A stretch of DNA of 64,000 nt from Trypanosoma brucei (lineage: Eukaryota): NCBI GenBank assembly GCA_000002445.1, contig AE017150.2:1120001-1184000 (forward strand), read 5' to 3'. This document shows positions 1-12,700 of this stretch, one piece after another. How positions within the stretch are numbered: the stretch's first letter is position 1; each line of letters opens with the position of its first letter. The translations under genes and the position numbers were made by a program. The notes below the pieces were generated by a model. The model searched no databases and was not told the DNA's origin. It worked only from the letters and a program-made list of their open reading frames with translations.

Positions 1-3000
1 TTGTATTAGTTACAATAATAAAAAATAGTGAAGCCAGCAGGAGGTGATAATTACAATTTGAACTCATCCCCTCTTGCCTATTTCACTATTCCCTTTGTTT
101 CTTGAGAAAATAACTAAAACAGTAAAACAAGAGAGAGGATAGTAATAAATTGAATGAAATCAACAATACATTATTTTAAGAGGAAATTTGATTTTACTTT
201 TTCTTTACTTTTCACTGTTTCTGTTTTTTGATTACTTTTACTTCCTTTCATTTCTTACTTTTTATTCCCATGACTGTGCTATGGTGTTACGGATATGTGT
301 GTGTAAGTGAGGAATGTTGTGTGGATTTGCTTCTATTATTGTTTACTTGCCTTTGGTTGTATACCACACGCCTGCTTATGTTTTCCCATATGTGTACGCC
401 TGCAGCAAACAGTGTGGGAATTTACTCCGTGACTTTTTCTCATAAATGTCGGGAGGCAAATGATTAAAGTGTTTTTTTTTGTTTAATATATCTGTATATG
501 TTTGTCTGTTTATGTGTGTGTGTTTGTGTGTACGTATTTGACATGTTCAGCAATATGTTTAGATTATCCAATAATAACTTCTCTTCCTTTCTATCTCTTA
601 TACAGTTATGTTGTTTACTTGTCACTGTTTTACTTTCAGGAAAGTGTATAAATTAAGCTGAAGCAACGTTATGTTTATTTGTGTATTAGGCGCATGAATT
701 CATTTTCTAGCAGTTAATGTACGTATGCATACACGCATGTGTTTAACTTTATAATGTCTTATACTAAAAATGTATTCAAATATTGCCATGTGAATACCGT
801 GTGAGGCTTATTGTATTTTTGTGTCGTGAAATAGTCAAGTAGTTGCTGTGTAACTTTTGTGTTATTCTTAAATAGATGACGTGTGTTTCCTTAGTTTAAA
901 ATATTTAATAAATGATTTGACAGCTGCTTGCATGTGAGAGTTTCATCCCTCTTCTTTGCTTAAAAATGTGCAGAGACTAGAATCCTTCATATAAATGATG
1001 TGAAATGCATAAATTATAAATTGCATTTCCACTCTCACGTATTTTAGTATTATGAAGTATCAAATAGGGAAATGATGAAATATGTAATAGGAAGTTATTC
1101 ACAACATGTTAATAGAGCAATTCAACTTCGCAGCTATCACAGAACAGGCTTTTTATTGTAATGCTCAATTGTGGAATAAGACATGCTTTATGAATTCTTG
1201 AGGATGGAGCGTTGTAATATTTTTAAAAGTAATATAAGTAAACAAGCAAACAAATTATCGTTTTTGTTTCTTCCTTCATAATCACTATAAGCTAAGCTAT
1301 TAGTCTATTAACAATAATTAATATGGCTACTAGTAAGGCAAAAGACGAGAAATAAGAAATTAATTTATAGGAAAGATTTGATAGTTTGACGAATGTGTAA
1401 TTATCATGTCTCTGATACTAATGACGGATTATGATAGAGAGAATGTGATTTGTGAGGTAGTTTTGATTCTCTGAAGTGATACAGCGGCGCATGGGAACTC
1501 GTCGTAAGGAAAAAAAATAAATAATGTGCGGTATGTAATTTTTAAACCTCACATTGATGAGGTTGTGAGGCATAAAATAACTCTTGACATTTTCCCAACG
1601 TGGCCAACAGTCGAAGAACTGGTACAACACTGCAGTAATGATACAGTGATGTTAAATTGAAAGCGAAAAATAAATATGAATGGCGTAAAAAGGGGGAAGG
1701 AAGTAGTGATGGTGGCGTAATCGATTGTTACTGTGTTTCATGACAAATTCTCTACATTCAATGATTCTAGAGGAAACAAGTACGTACCATAGCAGTGGTT
1801 ACTGTGTTTCCATAAGGAGTAAGTTATATTTACTGGAAAATGTGGTATTAAGAAATGTTATATGTGAGTAGCAATATACCTCAACACAGAGATGTACGCT
1901 CATGTAATCACTACACAAAAACCTTCCGAATGTTTTGAACGCGTTGACCGGATTGATGCGTCTCTCCAACCTTGAGTTGAAATGCACAACCCTTGAGTGT
2001 TGAGTTGGGATACATATTTTTAGATGTCACTAGAGCTTGATGTGTGGAATGAAACTCTAGAGCTCATGCATATGGCTAATGCTTATCATCGTCGTAACTT
2101 CCATGTTGGTACGATGATGTGCAGTTTGCTGTTAGTGATAGCCTTCAGCAGATTGTATGGTAGGTGGTGTTTCTCTGTTTGTTTTCTGTCACAGATGGCA
2201 ATGGAAGCGTCGACTATCTTTTGTATTACTCAGAAGGGAAAATTCTCTTTTTAAGTAATGGTAATGTTGAATCGTTGATAAAACCAACGGAATAATCCAT
2301 AAGCTAGTTTTAATTGGAGGAAAGGAGAATAGGAGAACTGCCAACTTTGATGTGTTGCCAACAAAGGAAAACGAGTGGTATGTATATTTTAGAACCCAGT
2401 GTTTTTCTTTCTTATCCGATGTACTTCCCTAATGTTTGGATCTGAGAAATACCTAATGATGATTAATACGGTTAGAGTTAGGGCATTCTTTTGTGATGCT
2501 GAATATCGCATCTATTGATAACAGCAATCGATACGCCATACTCAAACATAAATGAATTCTCACACATTAACGCTGCTTCTGGTATCGCCAACCGTTATGT
2601 TCAATAGCTCGTTACGTGGGAGCATGAGTGGATGTAATGATGGATGCCGCTTCATCAAAGGCAGCTGCGTGATACTTATCTCAGAATATGTCAATGGTGT
2701 CGTATTATAGCCAAGTTTAAGTCTAATAATTAATCATAGTGATGTGTGTGGAAAAAGTGAGATTGTACCATTGCAGTGAGTGAACCGCTTTGCTTGGGAC
2801 GTATTGCATTGTGCTGTGTGATTAAGCGCCGAGTTTGTTCACATCATACGTATGATATTTAGTTACTGTCAACCCACCGGATTGGTGTGGGAGGAGTGTA
2901 AGGCATCGTGCGAGCATGGGACATATGTTTCATCGCAGTGTCACGGAGGTTTTAAGGTATGGTGGAATATGGGAGGTGGATTAGCTATAGATCTCTTTGT

Positions 3001-4828
3001 GCCTCCATCCCTTCGTGCTATGCTTTTTCTTTTCCCCTGAAACTGACACAGTCTGTAGAGGCAGTGTGCTGAAGCTTCGCTAAGGTTTTGAAAGCAGGAC
3101 TCACGACCCATCCCCCACTGTGTAATGTGTGATGACCAGATTTGTTCTGAGGGAGCATCAAACCAATCGTGTACGATGGAAGTGTAGAATAGGAAGTAAA
3201 GGAAAGTGTATTATTATGTGCAGATGCGTATGAGGCACTGCTCACAACACCTAAAGAAAGCAAAGTCACTCCTGACGGTTTTGATCATTTTATCAGTGTA
3301 TCACAATCTAATCATTTCTGCTGTAGAAGGTTCGTTGCATAGTTGTGTGTATTCTGCTTTCAGAGTTGACATTCTGTCACTTACCACTGTGGCGAGTGAT
3401 GACGATGATATCGTCGGCTTTCCGGTATGGAAGGAAGTATCACTTTACTCTTCTGCTCGTATAAGCGTGCTTTGTTCATCCGTGGAGCGGTGTTGTTATT
3501 GAAAAGGGGATGCTGAGTAGAGTGGTGACTCAACGCTTTTTCTTGTACTGAAGACATACTAAGAGGTTCTGTCAGCAGGACAGACTTGCGGTGGCCAGGT
3601 GGTTTCGCGACCTCAGGGACAACTTCCATATTGCACAAGGGGAACTTCTTCGTTTTGAGGTGACAGGGCGCATGCTAGTGTTAGGATATCTGTACATTGG
3701 AATGGCAAGGTCTTCCAGGGAAGGAAGGGAGGTGTATAAACCAGTGAAGGGCTGCACAGGTACTGTGTCAGGTATGAAAGTGATAGAGGTCTCTAAGGAA
3801 GTGTCAGATGTGATTATACTCGGCAAGAGGTTGCTGCTCAAGGTTTTGATTATATACTTTCCGAAACAATCAAATGTTGCGAAAATTACGTTGAAAGAAA
3901 GTTTAGGGGGAGCAATGGGATAAGGGAAACCCTCACTGGATTGTTTTGTCGGGTATACAGCATGATAAGTGGAAGGTTTGGTGGAGAAGCACGCAGGTAC
4001 ACCACACCCAATTGGTGGGAGAGTAGTAATGGCCGGGAGTATTTACCGTGAGTGACAACTCCAACAATGGATGCTAAGTAGTTAATGTTGAAATGTTTTA
4101 AAACGTTAGAGAAAGGAATGACTAAATGGTTGTAGGTACGTAAATTGTGGGAAGCACTGAGGGAAAATGATGTAATGATGCGACGGACCAAGGGACTCGA
4201 ATACCCAATATATTACAAGAAACGCTACTATTGAGTTGGGTGCAGAAACAAGTGAGAGACAAGCTGTTTGGGTAGTTGAAGTATCGACCACTGGGAAGGG
4301 TGAAGCGTGGGCAGGAAGGATCATCAAATCTTATCCTCCTTTCAGTTAATATGACTGAAGAAGCGAGAAAAGAAAAAGAATGGTTGTGAAAAGAGAAATT
4401 AGCGAAAAAGAATTAGTAGAAGCAATTGTGGCGTCAAAAAAGACGTTAAGGGTAGCGTTAGTACAAATAGAAAAGCAGCCAACTCTAAAAAATTGGTTTC
4501 CGACGTAAAGGAAGCGGTAACAGGTGAATAAAACTATTTAATTTGTACCAGTTTACATGTATGAAAATGACCTCATATGTGTGTGATTTGCTCCTGTTAA
4601 CTCGGTGAACATCGGAACTGACACGTTGCTCTGTGCTATTGTAGCAATGCACTCCAGTGTGATATCACTGGAACTATGAAACCTTATATTTCTTATGGCG
4701 TTGTATCAGTGCTTCCACTATGGTATCATTATGTTAACGTGAGCAGTATATTGTCACGTGGTGGACAACATGTCAACTAGTTTGTTTAAACTGTTGCTCT
4801 CTTGACAGCTTGTAATTCGTATCATTCT

Positions 4829-4865
4829 GTTGTGTGCTTTTTTTTGTCTTGTTTATTCCCCTGAG
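4829..4865 (+). promoter_or_regulatory. Polypyrimidine tract + AG: putative SL trans-splice acceptor / upstream polyadenylation signal for oxygenase copy 1
   Basis: tgttgtgtgcttttttttgtcttgtttattcccctgAG lies ~140 nt upstream of the ATG. This is the kinetoplastid mRNA processing signal. Confidence 0.5.
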
Positions 4866-5002
4866 ATATTACTGGTAAGTCCCCCTTTATCCTAATTTTT
4901 GCATCTGCACTGGCTGTTTAAGCGGACCCTTTCCAATTGTTAGGCACAAAACGGTACATATATATATATTTCAAGAAAGCAACAGTGTGTAATTTAGAAA
5001 CC

Positions 5003-5962
5003 ATGACACGCGCCTCGCTTCCTGTTATTGATGTTTCGCCCCTATTTGGTGGCGAATCCGCAGAAAAGGAAAGGGTCTCCAAGCAGATTGATAATGCATG
5101 CAGAACATGGGGCTTCTTCTACATTGTGGGGCATCCGATCCAGCAGGAGCAGATTGAGAGGGTGCTAGATGTAGCGAAGAATTATTTTTCACTCCCCATG
5201 GAAGAGAAGCTCCAATTGGACATTCGTAAAAGTAAGCTGTATCGTGGTTATATTGCTTTTGGGGCCGAGGACCCCGATGATGCTAAGGTCTACGGCTACG
5301 AGGGGTTCAATATGGGGCACCATCTTCCGAAGCACCACCCAGAGGTTATGGCAGGAGTGCCGCTCCGAGGACCGAACATCCACCCCACTCAGGTAAAGGG
5401 CTGGGCGGAGGAAATGGAAAATCAATATGACGATATGTGGGCCCTTTCACTTGTTATCCTGCGCGCTATGGCACTGGGACTCGGTCTGCGGGAAGATTTC
5501 TTCGACTCCAAGTTTATGGATCCGATGTGTGAATTGAATATAAAGCATTACCCTTCCCCAACCACTACAGGCAAAAAATCTCATTTGCTTATTGAGCACG
5601 CTGACTTTTGCGCTATTACATTACTCTATCAAGACGGTGTGGGTGGCTTGCAAATTCGAGGACTTTCCGGAGAGCTGATGGATGTGCCACCTGTTGAAGG
5701 AAGTTTTGTTGTCAACCTTGGAGACATGATGGAGATGTGGACCAATGGCCAATACCGTTCCACAAAGCATCGTGTGGTAGCCACAGACAAGGAACGGTAC
5801 TCCATGCCTTTCTTTTGCAATCCCAATCCGAATGTCATCGTCAAGTGCCTCGACAACTGTCACTCGGAAGAGAATCCACCAAGGTACCCTCCAGTGCGGG
5901 CTGTTGATTGGGTTTTGAAGCGGTTCGCGGAGGCATATGGGAAAGATTACTCAAAAATGTAG
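5003..5962 (+). CDS. 2-oxoglutarate/Fe(II)-dependent oxygenase, iron/ascorbate oxidoreductase (IPNS-like) family; copy 1, mosaic/divergent central region
   Basis: 319-aa ORF from the first genuine ATG (MTRASLPVIDVSPLF...). The ORF-track extension to 4937 uses a TTG start. DIOX_N-like N-terminus. HxD...H iron triad (LLIEHADF ... YRSTKHRVV) and RxS 2OG-binding motif (RYSMPFF). Polypyrimidine tract plus AG upstream. Confidence 0.85.
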   Translation: MTRASLPVIDVSPLFGGESAEKERVSKQIDNACRTWGFFYIVGHPIQQEQIERVLDVAKNYFSLPMEEKLQLDIRKSKLYRGYIAFGAEDPDDAKVYGYEGFNMGHHLPKHHPEVMAGVPLRGPNIHPTQVKGWAEEMENQYDDMWALSLVILRAMALGLGLREDFFDSKFMDPMCELNIKHYPSPTTTGKKSHLLIEHADFCAITLLYQDGVGGLQIRGLSGELMDVPPVEGSFVVNLGDMMEMWTNGQYRSTKHRVVATDKERYSMPFFCNPNPNVIVKCLDNCHSEENPPRYPPVRAVDWVLKRFAEAYGKDYSKM

Positions 5963-8239
5963 GAGTGGTTCCTAGTTTGCATTTCTTTTAGCATTTGCTT
6001 TATCAAGAATGGTATCAGGCCCTGCAATTAGTAGTTGTTTTTCAGACGTGGCTGACTTACATATGCGTAGTATCTGTCGTAATGCAAAAAGTTCTGTGAT
6101 TTAAAATGTGGGTGAAGACAGTACGGTAACGTATCTAGTCAGAATGAATATATTTCACTCACTCTTTATTTTCAATGTAGGGAATTGTTAAAGGGGTAAT
6201 AATATTTCTTTCACCTTTCCTCTTCCTTTTTTTTAATTGCCATCTTTGTAAGGGGTGCTGTAAGTCCATCTTTTCTCATACTTTGATATCTTCATCTATT
6301 TCCTTATTACATTGAATAATGCATTAACATCTTCATTGCGATGCCAACTGAAGTATTCTGACAAGCAATAGGTGTATGCTATTGTATGTTAGTTTATGCT
6401 GCAACAGAGTTCTCCTTGGAAATGCTTGTCTTTTTTTTTCACTTTGAGGGGGTTCTACAATTGTCTTTCCCCATTCTATTCTAAGGGTTAATTACGCATT
6501 AGAAATGCTACCAGTCACTTCAGAGGTATTCCTTCTTACACAAGTATTATTTTGATGCGATCTCATGCAAGGAGAATGGAGGTAAATGGAGAATGAAACA
6601 ACTCACATTCTCCACCCACCCAATGGAGAGCATACGTTTTACCATGGAAGTCGCGCTTGAAGTATCTCCCCAAGTAGAGCAAACTAATGAGGAATTAGCA
6701 CCTAAGGGCTGCGTTGTTAAATATTTTGAAAGAGTGGGGGTTCGTACGTGAAGGATAAGGGATTTTGAGGGTGCTTACTCTTATTGTGTTTTTAATTTTT
6801 TTTTTGAAAAGGGGGGTGGTGGCCAATTTTATTATGTCACCCGACGAATGGAATTGCTTTGTACCACGCTGTTTGTGTTTGTTACATATATTGGTAAGGA
6901 ATAATGTTTTTTATGTGAATTTCAATGCGTTTGATGTTTTTTGTCACCGCACTTATGTTGAGTCTGTGCAATTTCTTTTCCCTCCATGCTGAACATACCA
7001 TTCTCTATTATTTTCTTATCTTTCATTGTTTCAGCTTTTCAGGGGAAACACATGCATACCCACGAGATGGAATACACTAAACGACACGTAACACTGTGGG
7101 AGAATGTTATAAATGCATGCAGTCCAATACTTGAGAAATGTGTATTTTCTACACCTTAACATCAATTTTTTTTTTTGTAAAGGACAAACTCACTGAGTGT
7201 TTAGTGACTGCGCTTCTTCAAACTTTTCTCCCTCAAGGCGTATTATGCAGTTGCAGAGAGTCATCTGTTTTCTGCTCCTTCTCCGCTTGCTAATGATTTG
7301 TGTTTATGCGTGTTGCTTCCTTTTTTATATTGTAAGTAATAGAAGACAAAAAAGGGGATATTACATATTACATATTTTATTTTGTATGTTAGCATGGTTG
7401 CATAATTTATTCTGCTGTAGAGGCGTGTGTTATGGATTGTAGTATTTGGAGAAGTTGTTTGACTTAAAGCTATAAAAGCTTGCCCTGTGTGTGATGGATT
7501 TTTAATTTATATAAACTTGTTTAACTTTATATTAGAATATAAATTTATTTATTGTCATTTAAATAGTTCCCCCATATGAGAAAACTAAATGAACACGTAT
7601 ATGCACGTACATGTATATTTATATTTGCATATTTGTTGTTGATCTGAGTCATATTTGAGTAATGTTGGTAAGGTAAGAAAACGGCTGTGTAATAAATCAT
7701 TTTTATTTGATATGCTTTGAGTGCGCGCGCGTGGGTTCATTAGTTCTATTATTTGAAAGGGAAACTGCAATAATTGTTTCATTATTAAAAGTTTTTCATG
7801 ACTCGTGTTTTTAAGTTTAGCATTTTGCTATTACTCAAATCATGTGAATTAAGGGAGGACTCATATCAGTATCATATGATGATATTTGAAACAATTTAGA
7901 GACGCCTGATATTACTCAATACTCTAACTCTTTTTTTTCCTTTCATATCCATTGCATTTATATTGTGATATGATAAGTTGATTTGTGTTAGCATTCAAAT
8001 GCAGCATTGTTATTATTAATATTAACTTCCTTAGGGAAATTAATTCGAAAGGAATGTTATTGTAAAAGGATTCAAATTGCAAGTAGTTATTCAGATAATG
8101 TTAATAATTGATATACAATTTTATATTTATTGTAGTTGTAGTAGTGTGCGTATTTAAACGAAGGTACCACTAATTTTGTAATTACTAAAAAGTTATAATG
8201 ATACAATTCTATTTCTTGATAATGTGAGTCCCTGAATTT

Positions 8240-8313
8240 GTTTTTCCCTTCATATTTTTCACTTTGCTTTTCTTTTCTTTCATTTCATATATGTTTTTCT
8301 TTTTGTTATATAG
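8240..8313 (+). promoter_or_regulatory. Long polypyrimidine tract + AG: putative trans-splice acceptor for NT paralog 1
   Basis: A ~70-nt C/T-rich run (tttttcccttcatatttttcactttgcttttcttttctttcatttcat...) ends in tatAG, 40 nt before the ATG. Confidence 0.55.
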
Positions 8314-8352
8314 ACAAACTTATTATATTATTATTTCAAGTAATTCAAAAAG

Positions 8353-9741
8353 ATGGCAATGCTTGGTTTCGAGTCGACAGCTGAATTTTTTGCTTATCTT
8401 ACTTTTATGTTTTTTGGGATGTCGGTGATGAATGTGACGAATGCCATTTACTCCAATTATAATTTTTTCTCCCAGTACTACAAGTTTGCGCAGGGTGATG
8501 CGGATGCTGTATCAAAAAATACATCATTCTGGGAGCACATGTTCACGTATTATAATGTTGTCGTGTTTACCATGCAAGTGCTTTTGGAGACTTTTATGCT
8601 CACTCCACTGGGTAGACAGATTCCTGTTACATGGCGTTATGTCTTTGGACTCACGATTCCCATGGTTGAAATCATTGTAATTTTGGTTATTCCTGCTGTT
8701 GGAGGAACAAGTGAGGGCGGTGCGATGGCAACTATGATGATAGTTGCGTTCGTCGACGGTATTTCGAAAACACTTTGTGACTCCAGCAATGCTGTCACTA
8801 CAGGACCGTTTCCGACTAAATTCTATTCTGCGATGGTTATGGGTCTTGCTGTCTCCGGCATTATGACTTCATTTTTGTCCATTGTTATCAAAGCATCAAT
8901 GAAGGATAACTTTGAAAGCAGACGAACTCAGTCCCAAATATACTTTGGATTAGTCATGCTCTCTCAAGTAGTTGCATGCGTCCTTCTTTTTCTTCTGAGG
9001 AAAAACCCATATGCCATTAAATATGCTGCAGAATTTAGGTATGCCGCGAGAAAAAAAGGAACAGTGTGTGACTTTGATGTAAAGGGAACAGGGCCGGTAA
9101 GCGGAAATAGATATGCTGATGAAAAAGAGAACAAGAATGTATTGAATGCTGATATTGATCCAGATGATATGAGGGATACGGATCAGGTTGAAGGCACTAC
9201 CAACGCTCAGCAAATGCTTGATGCGAGTATTATGGTTGTGGTGAAACGCATTTGGCCTGTGTTACTATCTTGCTTCTTTGTATTCTTTGCGACACTTCTT
9301 GTATTCCCTGGTGTATTCTTGGCAGTTAGGGATTCACTTACAATAAAAGACTTTTGGTATTTTAACATCGTCGTTGCCATGTTCAACTTGGGTGATTTCT
9401 CGTCACGTTTTGCTTTGCAGTTCAAGCGGTTGCATGTGTCTCCACGCATGGTTATGATTGGTTCATTTGCACGTGCACTTTTGATAATTCCTCTTGCTCT
9501 TTGCGTTCCTGGGACCATTCCTGGTGTATGGCTACCATGTATTCTTTGTCTCCTTTGGGGGTTCACAAATGGTTACTTTGGTGGCCTTTCAATGATTTAT
9601 GGACCGCGTAACGGATCGCTCACCACAGCGGGTCAACGCTCTCTTGCCGCCGTATGTATCAATGTATCACTTCTTATGGGTCTTTTTGCTGGTGCTATGT
9701 TTGCGTTGGCTGTTAAGGAGGCTCTTCCTAAAACAGAGTAG
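8353..9741 (+). CDS. Equilibrative nucleoside transporter (ENT/SLC29 family; T. brucei TbNT/TbAT1-like purine nucleoside transporter), paralog 1 (462 aa)
   Basis: Genuine ATG (MAMLGFESTAEFF...). 11 hydrophobic TM segments. N-glycosylation sequon in loop 1 (NTSF). Large charged cytoplasmic loop between TM6 and TM7 (...DEKENKNVLNADIDPDDMRDTDQVEG...), which is typical ENT topology. A 70-nt polypyrimidine tract plus AG lies 40 nt upstream. Confidence 0.9.
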   Translation: MAMLGFESTAEFFAYLTFMFFGMSVMNVTNAIYSNYNFFSQYYKFAQGDADAVSKNTSFWEHMFTYYNVVVFTMQVLLETFMLTPLGRQIPVTWRYVFGLTIPMVEIIVILVIPAVGGTSEGGAMATMMIVAFVDGISKTLCDSSNAVTTGPFPTKFYSAMVMGLAVSGIMTSFLSIVIKASMKDNFESRRTQSQIYFGLVMLSQVVACVLLFLLRKNPYAIKYAAEFRYAARKKGTVCDFDVKGTGPVSGNRYADEKENKNVLNADIDPDDMRDTDQVEGTTNAQQMLDASIMVVVKRIWPVLLSCFFVFFATLLVFPGVFLAVRDSLTIKDFWYFNIVVAMFNLGDFSSRFALQFKRLHVSPRMVMIGSFARALLIIPLALCVPGTIPGVWLPCILCLLWGFTNGYFGGLSMIYGPRNGSLTTAGQRSLAAVCINVSLLMGLFAGAMFALAVKEALPKTE

Positions 9742-12700
9742 TAAGTATTTTCTAAACTCTAAGTAATGTCATAACATTTTTTTTAATTAATGAGAAAGAA
9801 CATTAAATATATGCTGGTATTAGCTACGAATGGTTTGGGTACTGCGGTAAATAAGGAAGTAGAGATGGTAAAAGAGGAATGAAAGGAAAAACAGGTAAAT
9901 TTAAGATGTGATGACGATAAATTATAGGAAGTATCACACCTGGCAGCAAGCAAGTATATGCGTGTACACGTAATGTTTTTTAAATGTAAAGGTGACGCAA
10001 AGAGAAGTGTTAGTGGGTTACAAACGCACCACGTAAGGTACGATACGGCGGAGTTCTGCAAGCTTGTACCATGACAGTATTTCACTATTTTGTTTATTAG
10101 CATAGACTTCCCCTCTAAAATATGATTTTTATGGTAAGGGTCGTAAATTGTGAGATTGTATTTACGGTCTCACTCATTGGTGCAAACCTCCGACACACTT
10201 TACTTCCTACCTTTCTTAATGGTCCACAATATTTGTGTGAAAGAAAGAGTTATTCTTCAGCTTGTGGGATGCCTTGTGTTTTCTGCCCATATGTGTAAAG
10301 AACATTTAAAAGAAAAATAATAAACTGTTAAAGCTTAAGGTAACTTCAGCCTTACTTGTTTTTCATCTCTTTTTTTCCCTTTGTAACTGTGCTATGGTGT
10401 TACGGATATTTGTGCCTAAGTTAGGAAAGCTGTGTGGATTTGTTTTTTTCTATTTCATGTCTTTCGTTGTATACCACACGCCTGCTTATGTTTTCCCATA
10501 TGTGTACGCCTGTAGATAACAGTGTGGGAGTTTACTCCGTGACTTTTTCTCATAAATGTCGGGAGGCAAATGATTAAAGTATTTTGTTTAATATGTCTGT
10601 ATATGTTTGTCTGTTTATGTGTGTGTGTGTTTGATATGTTCAGCAATATGTTTAGATTATCCAATAATAACTTCTCTTCCTTTCTATCTCTTATACAGTT
10701 ATGTTGTTTACTTGTGACTGTTTTACTTTCAGGAAGGTATATAAATTAAGCTGAAGCAACGTTATGTTTATTTGTGTATTAGGCGCATGAATTCATTTTC
10801 TAGCAGATGATATATGCGTGAACGCATGTGTTTAACTTTATAATGTCTTATACTAAAAATGTATTCAAATATTGCCATGTGAATACCTTGTGAGGCTTAT
10901 TGTATTTTTGTGTCGTGAAATAGTCAAGTAGTTGCTGTGTAACTTTTGTGTTTTTTCTTAAATAGATAATGTGTGTTTCCTTAGTTTAAAATATTTAATA
11001 AATGATTTGACAGCTGCTTGCATGTGAGAGTTTCATTCCTCTTCTTTGCTTAAAAATGTGCAGAGACTGGAATCCTTCATATAAATGATGTGAAATGCAT
11101 AACTTATAAATTGCATTTCCACTTTCACATATTGTAATATTATTGAGTATCAAAAAGGAAATGATGAATCATGTAATAGGAAGTTATTCACAACATGTTA
11201 ATAGAGCAATTTAACTTCGCAGCTATCACAGAACAGGCTTTTTATTGTAATGCTCAATTGTGGAATAAGACATGCTTTATGAATTCTTGAGGATGGAGCG
11301 TTGTAATATTTTTAAAAGTAAACATAAGTAAACAAATAAATAAACAGTTTATCATTTTTGTATTTGCCTTCATAATCACTATAAGCTAAGCTATTAGTCT
11401 ATTAGAAATAATTAATATGGCTACTAGTAAGGCAAAAGACGAGAAATAAGAAATTAATTTATAGGAATGATTTGATAGTTTGAAGGGTGTGTAATTATCA
11501 TGTCTCTTATACTAATGACGGATTATGCTAGAGAGAATGTGATTTGTGAGGTATTTGTGATTCTCTGAAGTGATACAGCGGTGCATGGGAACTCGTCGTA
11601 AGGATAAAAAAAATAAATAATGTGCGGTATGTAATTTTTAAACCTCACATTGATGAGGTTATGAGGCATAAAATAACTCTTGCCATTTTCCCAACGTGGC
11701 CAACAGTCCAAGAACTAGTGTAGTACTGCAGTAATGATACAGTGATGTTAAATTGAAAGCGAAAAATAAATATGAATGGCGTAAAAAGGGGGAAGGAAGT
11801 AGTGATGGTGGCGTAATCGATTTGGATTGTTTTTCGTGACAAATTCTCTACATTCAATGATTCTAGAGGAAACAAGTACGTACCATAGCAGTGGTTACTG
11901 TGTTTCCATAAGGAGTAAGTTATATTTACTGGAAAATGTGGTATTAAGAAATGTTATATGTGAGTAGCAATATACCTCAACACAGAGATGTACGCTCATG
12001 TAATCACTACACAAAAACCTTCCGAATGTTTTGAACGCGTTGACCGGATTGATGCGTCTCTCCAACCTTGAGTTGAAATGCACAACCCTTGAGTGTTGAG
12101 TTGGGATACATATTTTTAGATGTCACTAGAGCTTGATGTGTGGAATGAAACTCTAGAGCTCATGCATATGGCTAATGCTTATCATCGTCGTAACTTCCAT
12201 GTTGGTACGATGATGTGCAGTTTGCTGTTAGTGATAGCCTTCAGTGGATTGTATGGTAGGTGGTGTTTCTCTATTTGTTTTCTGTCACAGATGGCAATGG
12301 AAGCGTCGACTATCTTTTGTATTACTCAGAAGGGAAAATTCTCTTTTTAAGTAATGGTAATGTTGAATCGTTGATAAAATCAACGGAATTATCCATAAGC
12401 TAGTTTTAATTGGAGGAAAGGAGAATAGGAGAACTGCCCACTTTGATGTGTTGCGGACAAAGAAAAGTGAGTGGTATGCATATTTTAGAACCCAGTATTT
12501 TTCTTTCTTATCCGATGTACTTCCCTAATGTTTGGATCTGAGAAATACCTAATGATGATTAATACGGTTAGAGTTAGGGCATTCTTTTGTGATGCTGAAT
12601 ATCGCATCTATTGATAACAGCAATCGATACGCCATACTCAAACATAAATGAATTCTCACACATTAACGCTGCTTCTGGTATCGCCAACCGTTATGTTCAA

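Larger units (their letters stand above)
1..9741 (+). repeat. Array unit A, 5'-partial (starts ~660 bp downstream of an upstream NT gene not in the window); lacks the ~460 bp spacer insert
   Basis: Alignment to units B-E; the unit is defined as ending at the NT stop codon. Confidence 0.85.

Noticed and set aside
490..540. Short (TG)n/(GTTT)-rich microsatellite-like tracts repeated in each unit (also ~10600, 20660, 31190, 42060)
   Set aside because: A low-complexity part of the NT 3' flank. No evidence of function beyond a possible polyadenylation-region composition bias.
3591..3923. Conserved 110-aa + strand ORF in the spacer (and its unit C/D/E version 24210..24503) as a possible third gene per unit
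   Set aside because: Between unit types it accumulates mostly non-conservative amino-acid changes and an early stop. Its divergence is the same as the surrounding non-coding DNA, and there is no recognisable domain.
4937..5002. Upstream extension of oxygenase copy 1 (341-aa track ORF) and MCNLET extensions of copies 2-4
   Set aside because: The extensions begin at TTG or GTG (the ORF track uses alternative starts). The first genuine ATG gives the 319-aa protein shared by all copies.
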